The notes under the pieces are model-generated. The model had not been told where the DNA came from and did no database searches. It saw only the letters and a list, made by a program, of their open reading frames with translations. DNA of 63,640 nucleotides, counting the filler, from Licmophora abbreviata (taxonomy: Eukaryota), in NCBI GenBank assembly GCA_900291995.1. It is 10 parts of 10 records of this genome, joined end to end, with 100 filler letters (N's around TTAATTAATTAA, not from the genome) between each part and the next. Parts side by side here need not be neighbours in the genome. Positions count along the whole stretch, not along the records: positions 16,006 to 24,021 come from OLMU01005236.1; positions 24,122 to 30,232 come from OLMU01005237.1; positions 30,333 to 40,135 come from OLMU01005239.1; 7 more parts are not named here. One strand, 5' to 3'. Both the position numbers and the translations under genes were made by a program. Of this stretch, positions 23,515 to 34,647 are shown one piece after another (the first letter of the stretch is position 1; each line of letters begins with the position of its first letter).

Positions 23515-24121
23515 ACATATGTCGTAATCTATTCTCGCAATATGGCTTCAGAAGACTAAGGGGGCCACATGATAGGGAACCTCCTGTGGATAATTCCGGC
23601 AAGCTGCTCCAAACTTCTCGACTTGCAAGTCCTCTTTGTGCAGTGTGGGCTATATATGTAACTCAAGGTGTTAACTACTTGCAAACGACCTGGGCGGCAA
23701 ACTGGTTCACTCGCATAAACCCAAGCAAACAAAGAACCAAAGAAAATATCCACCCGTTCAAGGCGAGGTAGAAGGCCCGCAGCAGATTAGGGTGGACAGT
23801 GGTAGCACATCCTGCCGCTTCAATCTAAGAGCCGGTCTCAATGTTGACGGGTATTAGTTACAAAGATATGTATGGTGCTCAAACGAGCAAAGAAACCATC
23901 AAGACTTGAGTCAAAATCCTTTGATGCAGATACTATTTCTACCCAACGAGTTATCCCTGGAAGCAATCAACCGCGAAAATTAGACGCTTTTTTGTAGTTC
24001 GCAATGGGCATACTCGTCAGGNNNNNNNNNNNNNNNNNNNNNNNNNNNNNNNNNNNNNNNNNNNNTTAATTAATTAANNNNNNNNNNNNNNNNNNNNNNN
24101 NNNNNNNNNNNNNNNNNNNNN

Positions 24122-24893
24122 TAAGGTACCCAGTCTCGACAAAAGTCGTTCTGCTGTCCTTCGAATGCAGTTTGATCGTCAAACATTACCTCTGTTACCA
24201 GTCGTTTGACGCCTTTGTCCACTAGCATTTGGCCGACCGACGAAATTGCCTCAAAGTCAGAGCCTTGCATATCCGTCACGATCATGTCAATGGGAAAATT
24301 GATCGTCTCGATAATGCTCTTCATCGAGAGCACGGGCACTTTCTTTTCGAACCCATCACCTTCATGTCGATTCCAGCTGGCCAAGTAGGACGCTTTGGAG
24401 AGACTTGAAGATAACCCCTTGTTGTAGACAGTCATCGTTGTCATACCGGCGCCGTGCCCTCCACGAACGGCCGCTGGAACCACCGCTACTTGAGGGTGGA
24501 TCAGAGGGGTGCTCTGTACGACGATGGGCTCGAAGGCAAGGCTCATTGCACACGGTCCATCCTCCTTACGCGGCATTATGGGGCTGTTACCAGCACCAAC
24601 ATGGAGGATGAGGGACGACACGTTACGATGGCTGAGGGAGTCGAGAGCTTTAAGGGGCCAACGAAGGCGGGAGAGTCTTCATCGCCGATATCAAGAAGTC
24701 GTCGGAGATCCCCGGGGCCGTCCAGTGGATTCAACGTACGGGCTCTTTTTATCAAGGTCTCTATGGAGAGTGTATTGACAATTGTGATGCCTAGCAGGGT
24801 CAAGCCTGAGACAAGCAGACACTCTCCCAGAGCTCGCCGGGGGTTCCAACCAGCGGAGCTATCGCTGGTTTTGGAGCGCCGTGGGATTCTCAT
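24122..24893 (-). CDS. Type II membrane FkbM-like SAM-dependent methyltransferase; frameshift near 24650; 3' end in gap
   Basis: N-terminal TM anchor; ILHVGAG, LAFEP, VVPAAV, IDMIVTDMQGSDFEAI. Confidence 0.68.
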
Positions 24894-25726
24894 CGAGCAG
24901 TATGCAGTATGTATCAAGTTGATTCTAATCTAGACAATGAGGAGAGCTCGAAAAGAGAAGAGACGTAGGCGCGACGTGTTTCACGTTCAAGGGCCCGTAG
25001 GTGTTTTCTTCTCTCTCGACTGAAAACTGAAACAAAAGTGATACTGCAGTCACTTCCATTGCATTCAATTTGTTTGGCATATCACTTGTTCACGCGTGGG
25101 CGATCTTGAAGATCTGAAGCTCCGGAGTCGATGTCCTACGATGCAGCAACCACATAGTCGTATACAGGGTATCGTCGAGTACCACATGATTTCGGCACTC
25201 TCGTGACTGCGGAAATGTCTGGAGCATCAGAGTTCATCTTCCCAATCTCGGAAGAGGATGCCGTCTGCGCCTGCCTACCGGTACACTACACCGATACCGG
25301 TATCATACCCCAGTGGGACAGTTAAATAAATGATGCTGCAATACACTGGTCTGGAAAAAGGGACAGGTACCTGCGAAACTAAGCCCCTAGTCAGGTAATG
25401 GAGCGATACGTGAATGAACCACTGCATCATTGTCAGCCTTGTGAAGACGCGGCCTTGCGTTTGCAGTTTGTGAATTCGAGCTTTTCGGTCGTAGATAGGG
25501 AGCTCAGGAGCTCCCTTCATCCGACACGTTGGTCACATATTCATATACATTGCTATGATAGGCATCGACCCTGTACCTGTACAGGTACTCGTATCATGAC
25601 TACTACTGTAATGGAACAGGTATTATTATACCATCTCACCACACCTAGATATTAGTAGTAGCACTCTCTAGCCAGAGAATAGCACCCTGACCTCATTGAC
25701 AAGCAGCTCGAGCTAGCTTGCAAACC

Positions 25727-27123
25727 TCACCCTTCGAGTACAGCAGGCAGGTGTTGGGGTTCCTTCGACAGGAATTCGACCACTGCCTCTTTGTAATCGT
25801 GAGTCGCTCCCGGAATCATCATTGCCATTGTCTCATGGTAGAAGACATCACGTCTAATAAGTTCTTCCGTGACCTCATTGTACTTATCCCGACTCGCCCG
25901 CCTTTGCTGCATCTCACCCCACTGCTTGCTGAGTCTGTTGATTTCCTGCGTCCGCGGGATCCGCAAAAGCTCGTACGCTTTCAATGCATGCGCTAAACCA
26001 GTAGTACCTGTCAGATCCAACGTACCCTCGGCAGTGACACAGTACTCCTTCAGCAACAATGCAAGTGTCCCGGCATCTTCCAAACCCATTTGTGCGCCTT
26101 GTCCCGTATACGGCACGGGCGGGTGTGCCGCATCACCGCAGAGTACAACACGATTCCGACAGTACACCCAATGCGGCAATGCCGGTTTCAAGGCGCAAAA
26201 TCCTACCCTTACAGCATTCGTGACGTGATTCAGCGGCTGTGTGAACTTGCCGTCCCAGCCGTCCTGTTCGAGCCGCGATTTCAGCTTGCGACACTCTTCG
26301 TCTCCAACCGCTTGTGACAGAGTCCCCCAATTGCCAGGATCCGCGTCCTCTTGTTTGACTGGAAAGTGCACTTGGAAGCACTGTTGAGTAGGAGATGTGG
26401 GAAAGAAGCATCCGTGGCATTTGGTGGTAAGCGAAGATGGAAAGCAAATTCCTCTTTGGAAGGAGGGATCGCCAGGATAGTCGGCCACGCCCATGACACA
26501 GGTAATGCCCGTATAGGTCAGTTTTGAGGGCGTTTCTGCATTCTTCGCAATTTCCGATTGTTGCCTCATGACTAGACTTCTGACCATGCTCTTGCTTCCA
26601 TCGGCACCAAAGACAAGGTGTGCCCGATGTGTCGTACCGTCGTCGAACGTCAATAGCACCGTAGTAGCAGTAGCAGTATCATGGGTCAATTGCGTCAGTT
26701 TTTTCCAAAATGAATAGGAATGCCTTCCTTTTGCATTCGTTCATACAAAGCTTGTAGTAGCTTCCAACGCCGAATACCCAAGGACTGCAAGTCCAATTCT
26801 GGTTGGCAGAGTACTTGTTCCTCGCTCAAAGCAACGTGAGTACCATCATGACGTTCCCACCGTCGGAAGAGATATGGATATCCATTGCAGCGTAGTTCTT
26901 CGAGGAGGTCTGGATGAATGTCTCGAATGACGCGGAGGCCGTTGGGATACATGCCCATGCCCGCACCGACGTCTGGGGCATAGCCGTCGACCTTTTCGTA
27001 GACGTGGGGTGTGATTTTGAGTTGCTTCTTCAAGGCGAGCGCCAAAACCAAGCCGACGATGCCTCCCCCGACAATGACAACTGGAGCAGTACTAGGCTCA
27101 GAGGGGCCAGAGGGAGAAACCAT
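25727..27123 (-). CDS. FAD-dependent monooxygenase (salicylate hydroxylase/zeaxanthin epoxidase-like superfamily); frameshift at 26699-26704
   Basis: IVGGGIVGL, VFGADGSKSMVR, LCGDAAHPPVPYTGQGAQMGLEDA. Confidence 0.92.
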
Positions 27124-27445
27124 GGTGGAAGGAAAGTGTGATGTAGATGATTAGTAATCGATGGATAGATTGTAATGAACCGTTGTAAACTTGAAACTGG
27201 TCTGCACAGAACAAATTCATAATTCATGGCATGCGATGCGAACCTCTGATTTTCTCAACGCGAACCATGAACCATCATAGAAGTGAGTCGAAAGAGTCAA
27301 ATAGTATGCTACCCGGAGAGTGACATCAGTCACGGACGAACGACCGTTGAGCGATACCGGGCGTCTCAAACTCAAGACTGAAATTCAAAATTCAGAATGA
27401 ATCACGGGACACGAGGTTCGGATTGACGAGATTCGACTGTGCTCA

Positions 27446-30097
27446 ATGTTGAGTAAGAGCGGCAGCATGACTTCCTCCTCCTCGGCTTCCCTTGCTGCTA
27501 CTACCGTCACCATGATAGGGAATGGGGAGAGCAATACTGGGAGTACCAAGAAGAAAAAGTCGTCGTCGATGACTTCTTTGATTCGTTCTGTACTCATCGA
27601 CTTGCCGATTGTGCTTCTCTTCGCGCTGCTCTTGTCCACCTTGCTCCTCCAGCACGTCTACTCGACGCTCTTGACACCTCTCATAAACTCCTACAAGCGC
27701 CAAAGCCTTGATGATGACTTTTACGATGAGTTTAGAGGCGAATTCACCTACTACAATCGTCACTGTGACAAACGTGACATTTCGACCACGTCGTCCAACG
27801 ACCTCTTGGTTCACCCCGACGATTCTCCGACACAGGCTGCAGATATCATGCTACGGCATGGAGCTGTGGCCATTTCGAATTTGATTCGGAATGATACTGC
27901 TATTGAATTGCGCAAGTACCTGTCGGCCAAGCATACTGTCCGACACACACTGCCATGGAATGAAGTCTTTTGGGATGGGGAGGATGGGACTCGGTTGAGT
28001 TTAGGCATTGGCACCTCCGATGCTCCCGTCATCACCGATGCATTGCAACAAATCGGGAGCCATCCTGTGTTGAAACGGACACTCCAAGGCATACTGGGAG
28101 ACGACCCTGCCATTGTCGAAATCAATACTCTGACTGCATTGTATGGAGCTCACGATCAGGGTATTCACACTGACAGCGATTGGTTTGGATCGTCATTGCT
28201 GTACAGCAGAACATTTTTGCACTCGTACACGATGTTCGTGGCACTCCAAGACACACCCGAGTCAATGGGAGCCACAACTGTTTGTCCCGGAAGTCATTAC
28301 TGTGCCGATCAGGATTTCGATAGCGTCTGCTTGGAGCACGGGGCATTCTCGGTCAGTACCAATGGCGAAACAGGTCGACATGGAATGCTGCGGCGAGGTG
28401 ACGGCTTCCTATTCAATCAAAACATCTGGCATCGCGGACCGCGTAATGTTCATCCCAGTCGCCAAGATCGCGTCATGTTGGCTTTGACCTTTGTTTCTCG
28501 CAACAAACAGCACGCACCAGGTGAATATCGGCGTCGACAAGGACTGGGGACCTACTATTATCAGCGATGGGATATGTGGGCAGCGACGTTTGAATACCTG
28601 AAGGATGCGGGCACGGCCATGATTCAGCCCTGGAGTGCGTTGCGAGCTCTAGGATTGTACGTGCCAACAGCTCGGAATATTGGAATACTATGGATTGAGC
28701 AATTTGCCCAACAAATTGCAAATGCCGATGACTTTTACGACGACTTCGAATTGCAAGATTTTAAGACGAGATTGTGGGAGAAGCGCCTAAAGCTTCCGAT
28801 AGAGCTTCGTTCGTCTGCGGAACAATGGGAAGAGTTTATTCCGGAAACCATGGATATTTGGAGGCTCGTGGTTGTCAAAGTATACACGGCGGCGCTTCTG
28901 GTTGGATTGGTCGTGTCTTTGCTAGTGGATGGACGGTCGTTTTGGAAACGATTCGTACTGACCCATGGATTCGTGTGCGTGATTGTGTACGCATGTTGGA
29001 TGTACATTGAGCAGACCGATACGGCCAGGACGATCAAGAGCGGCGATGTCTTCCTCCGACCGTTTCCCGAACCTCCTACTTTGAACGATCTGGGGCTTGC
29101 CGTTAGTGACCACCCCACTACCTTTCCGGAACGTCACGACATTCTCATAGGGACTCGATTCGATGCTGAGTTTTTGGCATCCTTCAATCGCTTTCTTGAA
29201 TTTCACCCTGGGAACCAAGAGTGGCGAGCTAAAGTTGCCGATGTAGCGAGTCTTCCAGTCGACTGCCAAGAGGCGGCCGCGCATCGTGTCGTCCATAACA
29301 TGTTGGCGACGAAGAAGGAAGGACTTCCGACACGCTTTCTCTTGCAGGATCCCAACACGGGCGCTTGGAGAATCATGAAGCGGCAAGAAGCCACGGATGA
29401 AACTTGGCATGCTGCCTTATCCGAGACAAAGCCTCTCGTAGGGTACCTGGCCGCACACATGAAGAATCGCTTGGCTGCATCTCGTTTCGGTGCCGGGCGT
29501 GACACTGTCATGGCGCGAAAGTTTGGAGTCTCATTTGCTACCAAGTGGTTGTCGACTTTGTTTGGACGAACCTCGGGATCTATGGATCGAAAGAGTTTGT
29601 CTCACTATTGCCGACCTCCGCACAATGGGAGCCGGAGTGGCACCAGGAAAGTCGTTCTTACACCATCCCTTCTTCCAAGAGTACATGTCGACCCATCCAC
29701 CCTTACGGCCGTGGTACCAAGCACGATTACGCGCAATTCTATTCCAAACGCTCTCAGCAACACCGAACGTGCTGTCGATGACGCCTTCCGTCCAGGCGAC
29801 CGCGTTTGGGCCGACTACGACGGAGCTTGGTACGAAGCGACACTGCTCGGTGAGAGCAGCGACGGCGTATGGACCTACGAGTTTGCTCTCAGCGGATACG
29901 ATGACGGTGAGTTTCGAGCCTACAACACGATTCAGGAAGGGGATAGCGTCAACGTCGAGTTCGATGGAGAATTTACTTCTGGAACTCTTTTATTTGTGCA
30001 TCCGGACGGCCGATGTAGCGTCAGGCTCGGCGACGGCGAGATTGTCGATCGCGTTCCGCGTGAAGACATCTGGTTGATAGTTGACGAAGAAGAATAG
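27446..30097 (+). CDS. Membrane-anchored PhyH-type 2OG-Fe(II) dioxygenase fused to DUF6824-like and Tudor-like domains
   Basis: DQGIHTD; FVALQD...GATTVCPGSH; IWHRG...R; TM segments; DILIG...HPGNQEWR; GDRVWADYDGAWYEA. Confidence 0.8.
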   Translation: MLSKSGSMTSSSSASLAATTVTMIGNGESNTGSTKKKKSSSMTSLIRSVLIDLPIVLLFALLLSTLLLQHVYSTLLTPLINSYKRQSLDDDFYDEFRGEFTYYNRHCDKRDISTTSSNDLLVHPDDSPTQAADIMLRHGAVAISNLIRNDTAIELRKYLSAKHTVRHTLPWNEVFWDGEDGTRLSLGIGTSDAPVITDALQQIGSHPVLKRTLQGILGDDPAIVEINTLTALYGAHDQGIHTDSDWFGSSLLYSRTFLHSYTMFVALQDTPESMGATTVCPGSHYCADQDFDSVCLEHGAFSVSTNGETGRHGMLRRGDGFLFNQNIWHRGPRNVHPSRQDRVMLALTFVSRNKQHAPGEYRRRQGLGTYYYQRWDMWAATFEYLKDAGTAMIQPWSALRALGLYVPTARNIGILWIEQFAQQIANADDFYDDFELQDFKTRLWEKRLKLPIELRSSAEQWEEFIPETMDIWRLVVVKVYTAALLVGLVVSLLVDGRSFWKRFVLTHGFVCVIVYACWMYIEQTDTARTIKSGDVFLRPFPEPPTLNDLGLAVSDHPTTFPERHDILIGTRFDAEFLASFNRFLEFHPGNQEWRAKVADVASLPVDCQEAAAHRVVHNMLATKKEGLPTRFLLQDPNTGAWRIMKRQEATDETWHAALSETKPLVGYLAAHMKNRLAASRFGAGRDTVMARKFGVSFATKWLSTLFGRTSGSMDRKSLSHYCRPPHNGSRSGTRKVVLTPSLLPRVHVDPSTLTAVVPSTITRNSIPNALSNTERAVDDAFRPGDRVWADYDGAWYEATLLGESSDGVWTYEFALSGYDDGEFRAYNTIQEGDSVNVEFDGEFTSGTLLFVHPDGRCSVRLGDGEIVDRVPREDIWLIVDEEE

Positions 30098-30332
30098 TGC
30101 ATTTAGCTCAGTAGAGTATACGATGTGCCTGGTAACGTAGATACTTGCTTGTGCATAGTACCTTGTAATCGGTAGCAGATTTCATGCTAATAGGTACCCA
30201 CCGAGCTGAGGCCAGATCGAGGCATGGGTCTGNNNNNNNNNNNNNNNNNNNNNNNNNNNNNNNNNNNNNNNNNNNNTTAATTAATTAANNNNNNNNNNNN
30301 NNNNNNNNNNNNNNNNNNNNNNNNNNNNNNNN

Positions 30333-30509
30333 CATGTCAACTTGTTGAATGAGATGGAACAAAATGTCGAAAATGCTCAATATGGATTGGAGGGTGAAAC
30401 GAGGCGTGCCGAAATGCTACGGGAGAATCAAAGCGTCTGGAGGCTGCAGCTCATGGTCGTCGGACTCTCCGTCTTGCTGGTATTGTTGATTCTAATGGGA
30501 TTGAGTTAG
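30333..30509 (+). CDS. 3' end of a tail-anchored SNARE (Qc/syntaxin-6/8-like)
   Basis: Own translation: HVNLLNEMEQNVENAQYGLEGETRRAEMLRENQSVWRLQLMVVGLSVLLVLLILMGLS*. Confidence 0.7.
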   Translation, partial: HVNLLNEMEQNVENAQYGLEGETRRAEMLRENQSVWRLQLMVVGLSVLLVLLILMGLS

Positions 30510-30833
30510 AAACAAGACAAAAATTGGAAAGAGGGTCAGTAGTCTACGAGAGTGGTAGTAAAACGATGCGAATGGGAAGGATGCTTAGCACTAACACAGG
30601 TAGCCCTATGCGATGCATATCGTAATTTGTATCGCTTCTCGTTTAATTTCTTTTTGTTTTGTTTTGCATACGTCGATACCTGGGCTTGCTTGAGCTTTGT
30701 CGAATCCTACCGCACCGGTACGTTGAGAGCTGCACTATGTTGCTACTTTCGTGCACAAGGAAGCTTTCAACCACATCAGCTCTGCAAATTATTGCTCTAT
30801 ATTCATTTTTATTGGGGGTATGGCAAAATTACA

Positions 30834-33167
30834 TTATTTGCTGTCGAATTGTTTTATTTCTTGACGCAGCTGTTCCATTTGCTCGTTCCTGTCGGCCATC
30901 CTGCTCTTCGATATGGCCTTCAGTGCCGTTGAGCAAGATATGCGATTCTGAGAGACTTTGGGGTTGCTAGATGCCTTCATTTCATTCAGCAAGCGAAGAG
31001 CTCGTTCACCCGCTTGGTGGTGCCCGCTGCGTGCGATTGCATTCATGGTCGAGTTGTATGTAATCGTGTTTGGTTGCAAATGAGCATGTCCAGCCATTTT
31101 AGACAATGTTTGCATGTGTCTCAAGATGGCTTCTGCTCGGTCTGCAGCTTCCATTTGGGACGACTTGGCCCAGCAATTGATGACGGTGTTGTACGAGCAC
31201 ACGTCTGGCATAACTTTCTCGTCCGGCATTTTCGACAACAAGCCTTCGGCTCGCCTTGGAGCTGAAGATTCGTTACTGTTCGCAATGCTGTGCAGAACAC
31301 AGTTGAAGGTGGTGGTATTGGGCCTCAAAAAGGCGTGGCCAGCCTTCTTTGACAGTTCCAACATGCTATTCAAAATATTCTCAGCTCTCAACGAGGCATC
31401 GCTTCGCCCAGAGTGGGCCCAGCTGTTGATGACAATGCTGTATGATAGCACGTCTGGCATCACGCCTGCATCCATCATGTTCAATAGCACGGCCTGGACT
31501 CGTTCCGGAGCGGAGGTTTCTCCACACGTTGAGATGCAACCCAGGACGCTATTGAGAGTCACAACATTGGGCCGTAAACTCTCCTTTCCTTGCTGCTTGG
31601 ATAGCTCCATCATACGATTCAGAATGTCCTCGGCCCTGCGCGCAGCATCGCTTCGCCCAGACTTTGTCCAGCAATCGATGACGATGTTGTATGACCTCAC
31701 GTTTGGCATCACTCCTATATCTGCCATTCGCAATAGAAGGGCCTCGGCTCGTTCCGGCGACGGCGAAGGATCCTTGCAATTTGCGAAACAATGCAGCACG
31801 CTGTTCACAGTTATAATATTGGGTTGTAAAGCAGGGCGGTTGGTCGTCTTTGTTGATGTCAAGAGGTGATTCAGGATCGCTTCGGCTCTATCAGAAGCTT
31901 CCTTCCGCCCAGATTTGGCCCAGCAGTGGATTGCTGTGGTATACGACAGCACGTTTGGATCGACACCCAGACTGGACATTTTCAGTAGCAAGGCCTCGGC
32001 TCGTTCGGGTGCAGAAGGCTTCCCGCTCTTTGCGATACAGTCCAGTATGCTAGTGAAGGTTATAACGTCCGGCTTCAAATCATCATTGCCAGTCGTGCTG
32101 GCTAGCCTCAGGACATCTTTCAATAATTCCTCGGCTCTACCACCAGCTTCCTTTCGCCCAGATTTGGCCCAACAGTTGATGGTCGCGTTGAACGAATGCA
32201 AGTTGGGCATTGCCTCTGTCATTCCCCCCTCGTATAGATCTAGCATTCGTCGTAGAATAGCTTCCGCTCTCTCGGGAGCTTTTCGGTCCCTACTCTTAGC
32301 CCAAGAATCAAGCACGGTGGTGAAGGAAACGGTGTTAGGTGCCAACGCTGAATTCCCAGTGCTCGTTGCCAGGGCGTAAGCTTTTTCAAGAACAGCCTCC
32401 GCCTTTCGATGAGCATCAGGCAATCCACTTTTGGCCCATGTGTGGATTGCGGTGTTGAAAGCAACAATGTCTGGCATGACTCCTGCATCTTTGGTGGCCT
32501 TCTTCAAGAGTCGATCAAGCACGGATTCGGCCAAAAGCGGAGCCTCCTTCCGATCCACTTTCTTGGCGATCGCATGCAGAATCATATTCAGAGTCTTTTC
32601 ATCCGCGACGAAGATAGGACCATACGCATCGATCTTGTCCAGTGCGTCGATTGGATGAGGCCCAGAGGTAGGATGGGTTCTCCACGCACGGACTACTGCA
32701 TTCAAGAGCTCTGTTCTCTTCGATACCGTCTCCTGATCGTCTGCTTTTCTCATCTCCTCAACATAGCGGTCAAGAAGCCTCCAGCTAAGCTTTAAATTGT
32801 CCTCTTTCTCCTTCGGATCCCAGGAAAGCAGCGCATACTTCGTTGCTTTCAGATCGTGAGGTTCCATGGCGCCGACTGGTATGTTGAGCAGAAGACGTAC
32901 TGTCTTTTCCCATGACTCGACAGTCGATTGACGAGAAGAAAGTTGATCCAATCTATCCGCGGTAGAGAGCCACCGTCTCTCGGACCGATAGAAGGCATTG
33001 CTAGCCCCGCTGCTGGTCGGTATGGGAGAGCGCAACGCGGCCGTCGACTGCAGCAGCAGACACCGTGTCACCACCGCGATGTGCCCTCCAAGCGTCCCGA
33101 AAACTCTCTTGGCAGTGCTCGTCGCTCGTCGCGATAGAGGAGCCGAGACTAGAAAACAGCACTGCAT
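30834..33167 (-). CDS. PPR protein, paralog of 51-2552, probably mitochondrial
   Basis: About 12 PPR motifs; presequence-like ...RRWLST; N-terminal domain nearly identical to the paralog. Confidence 0.92.
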   Translation of the reverse strand: MQCCFLVSAPLSRRATSTAKRVFGTLGGHIAVVTRCLLLQSTAALRSPIPTSSGASNAFYRSERRWLSTADRLDQLSSRQSTVESWEKTVRLLLNIPVGAMEPHDLKATKYALLSWDPKEKEDNLKLSWRLLDRYVEEMRKADDQETVSKRTELLNAVVRAWRTHPTSGPHPIDALDKIDAYGPIFVADEKTLNMILHAIAKKVDRKEAPLLAESVLDRLLKKATKDAGVMPDIVAFNTAIHTWAKSGLPDAHRKAEAVLEKAYALATSTGNSALAPNTVSFTTVLDSWAKSRDRKAPERAEAILRRMLDLYEGGMTEAMPNLHSFNATINCWAKSGRKEAGGRAEELLKDVLRLASTTGNDDLKPDVITFTSILDCIAKSGKPSAPERAEALLLKMSSLGVDPNVLSYTTAIHCWAKSGRKEASDRAEAILNHLLTSTKTTNRPALQPNIITVNSVLHCFANCKDPSPSPERAEALLLRMADIGVMPNVRSYNIVIDCWTKSGRSDAARRAEDILNRMMELSKQQGKESLRPNVVTLNSVLGCISTCGETSAPERVQAVLLNMMDAGVMPDVLSYSIVINSWAHSGRSDASLRAENILNSMLELSKKAGHAFLRPNTTTFNCVLHSIANSNESSAPRRAEGLLSKMPDEKVMPDVCSYNTVINCWAKSSQMEAADRAEAILRHMQTLSKMAGHAHLQPNTITYNSTMNAIARSGHHQAGERALRLLNEMKASSNPKVSQNRISCSTALKAISKSRMADRNEQMEQLRQEIKQFDSK

Positions 33168-33405
33168 TGGGAAGAAGAGATAGGTGTACCAGGTACAGCA
33201 CGCTTCACATTCATGCAACGCCGATCACCACACACCGTTCATTTTCAATTTTCAATTTTGGTCGACTGTACCGGTACCGGTACCTCGTCACCTCGTCGCT
33301 TGGATGTGAGGACGTCGTCGGTCGACGAAGTCTTGTGACGTTTTGCTGAAACTGGAGCTCGCGAAAACTGACATCGCACACACCTTGTTGGCATGACCAT
33401 GACGA

Positions 33406-34557
33406 ATGAGCGGCAGGTTTTCGTTGCTTCCTTCGCCCCAGCTGTTACGATTGAGATCTTCCGAGCGGCAGAGTAGCAGTGCAAGCAGTATGGAGGAACG
33501 CGTCGATAACGAAAACGACGCCGAGAGGCTGCTTTCGGCGGACGGAGAAGAGTCTGCGACCTACCGCGCCGCCACAGAACGATCGGCTGCTTCGGTAGAG
33601 ACGCCGGAAACGACGACTTCCTTGCTTTCGACACTGCTCTTGAGTATTGTCATTGGTGCCTTGGGTGAATATGGCCCAAAACTGTGGCTGGTTCCTCGTA
33701 GACTACCGGATGGCTTTTCTGTGCCCTGCCAGCAAGTCGGTGACGGCCTTGTCCTTGATTTCGAGCTGAACGAGCCTCTGGTCGATCCTCCTACGATTCC
33801 GTGTGAGTGGGGTGTGCTATGTATAGCTCTACGCGGCAATAAAGGGAAACTGCCATATACTGGGTGCCGGGTTGAAGTCTCTCTCACCATTTTTGCTTTC
33901 GCCCCTACCCGCCCAATGACAGCCTGGCTCTTGACGTTTACCTGTGTGATTGTCCCGTGCGTGATTATCATTGCATCGGGGTGTTTCGGCGGTGGCGGTC
34001 GTCTACAGAAGACTCACGTCGTACTCCTGGGACTGAGCAGCTTATTTCTGGCGGTTGGTTGTAGCGAAGGAACTGTTCAGATCCTAAAACTCTATGTCGG
34101 TCGTAAACGTCCCAATTTCTATCAACTCTGCGGCTTTAATGGCGACACACTGCGCTGCGAAGCACCGCTCGATCATATTCTCGAAGCCACGTGGAGTTTT
34201 CCGAGTGGACACTCCAGTTTGAGCATGTGTGGTATGACTGTTTTGATGCGATTCCTGCAACAGCAGTATCTGACGTCTCCTCGGACGCGGTGGTACTCGT
34301 ACCTCGGGGTGACGACTTTGCCACTCTTGTATTCCGTCTTTGTGGCGGCGACACGATTGCACGATCACTGGCACCATCCGAGCGATGTGGCATTTGGATT
34401 GGTCTTTGGATTTGTATGGGGAATGATTGGGTATCAGGCGCATCATGCCGGTGGGGGGAGGCTGAGAACGAGCAGTCGTACTAGTTCTTCTTCTGTCGTC
34501 AGCATGCTGCCTCTGACGCGTATTGTGAGTGGTAAGGCAGCGTCGTTTCATGAGTGA
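33406..34557 (+). CDS. PAP2-family lipid phosphate phosphatase (probable in-frame intron near 33803-33921)
   Basis: KLYVGRKRP, FPSGHSS and TRLHDHWHHPSD catalytic motifs; TM helices. Confidence 0.92.
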   Translation: MSGRFSLLPSPQLLRLRSSERQSSSASSMEERVDNENDAERLLSADGEESATYRAATERSAASVETPETTTSLLSTLLLSIVIGALGEYGPKLWLVPRRLPDGFSVPCQQVGDGLVLDFELNEPLVDPPTIPCEWGVLCIALRGNKGKLPYTGCRVEVSLTIFAFAPTRPMTAWLLTFTCVIVPCVIIIASGCFGGGGRLQKTHVVLLGLSSLFLAVGCSEGTVQILKLYVGRKRPNFYQLCGFNGDTLRCEAPLDHILEATWSFPSGHSSLSMCGMTVLMRFLQQQYLTSPRTRWYSYLGVTTLPLLYSVFVAATRLHDHWHHPSDVAFGLVFGFVWGMIGYQAHHAGGGRLRTSSRTSSSSVVSMLPLTRIVSGKAASFHE

Positions 34558-34647
34558 CGACGCATTCTCTAGAGTGCAAACTATACTGTAATGGTGGTGA
34601 CAGACCCTTGCTTTCTGTCGTCGTCCTGTGGTTGCGCTACTCGTCCT

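Noticed and set aside
31114..31869. 251-aa plus-strand repetitive ORF
   Set aside because: Antisense shadow of the PPR repeats
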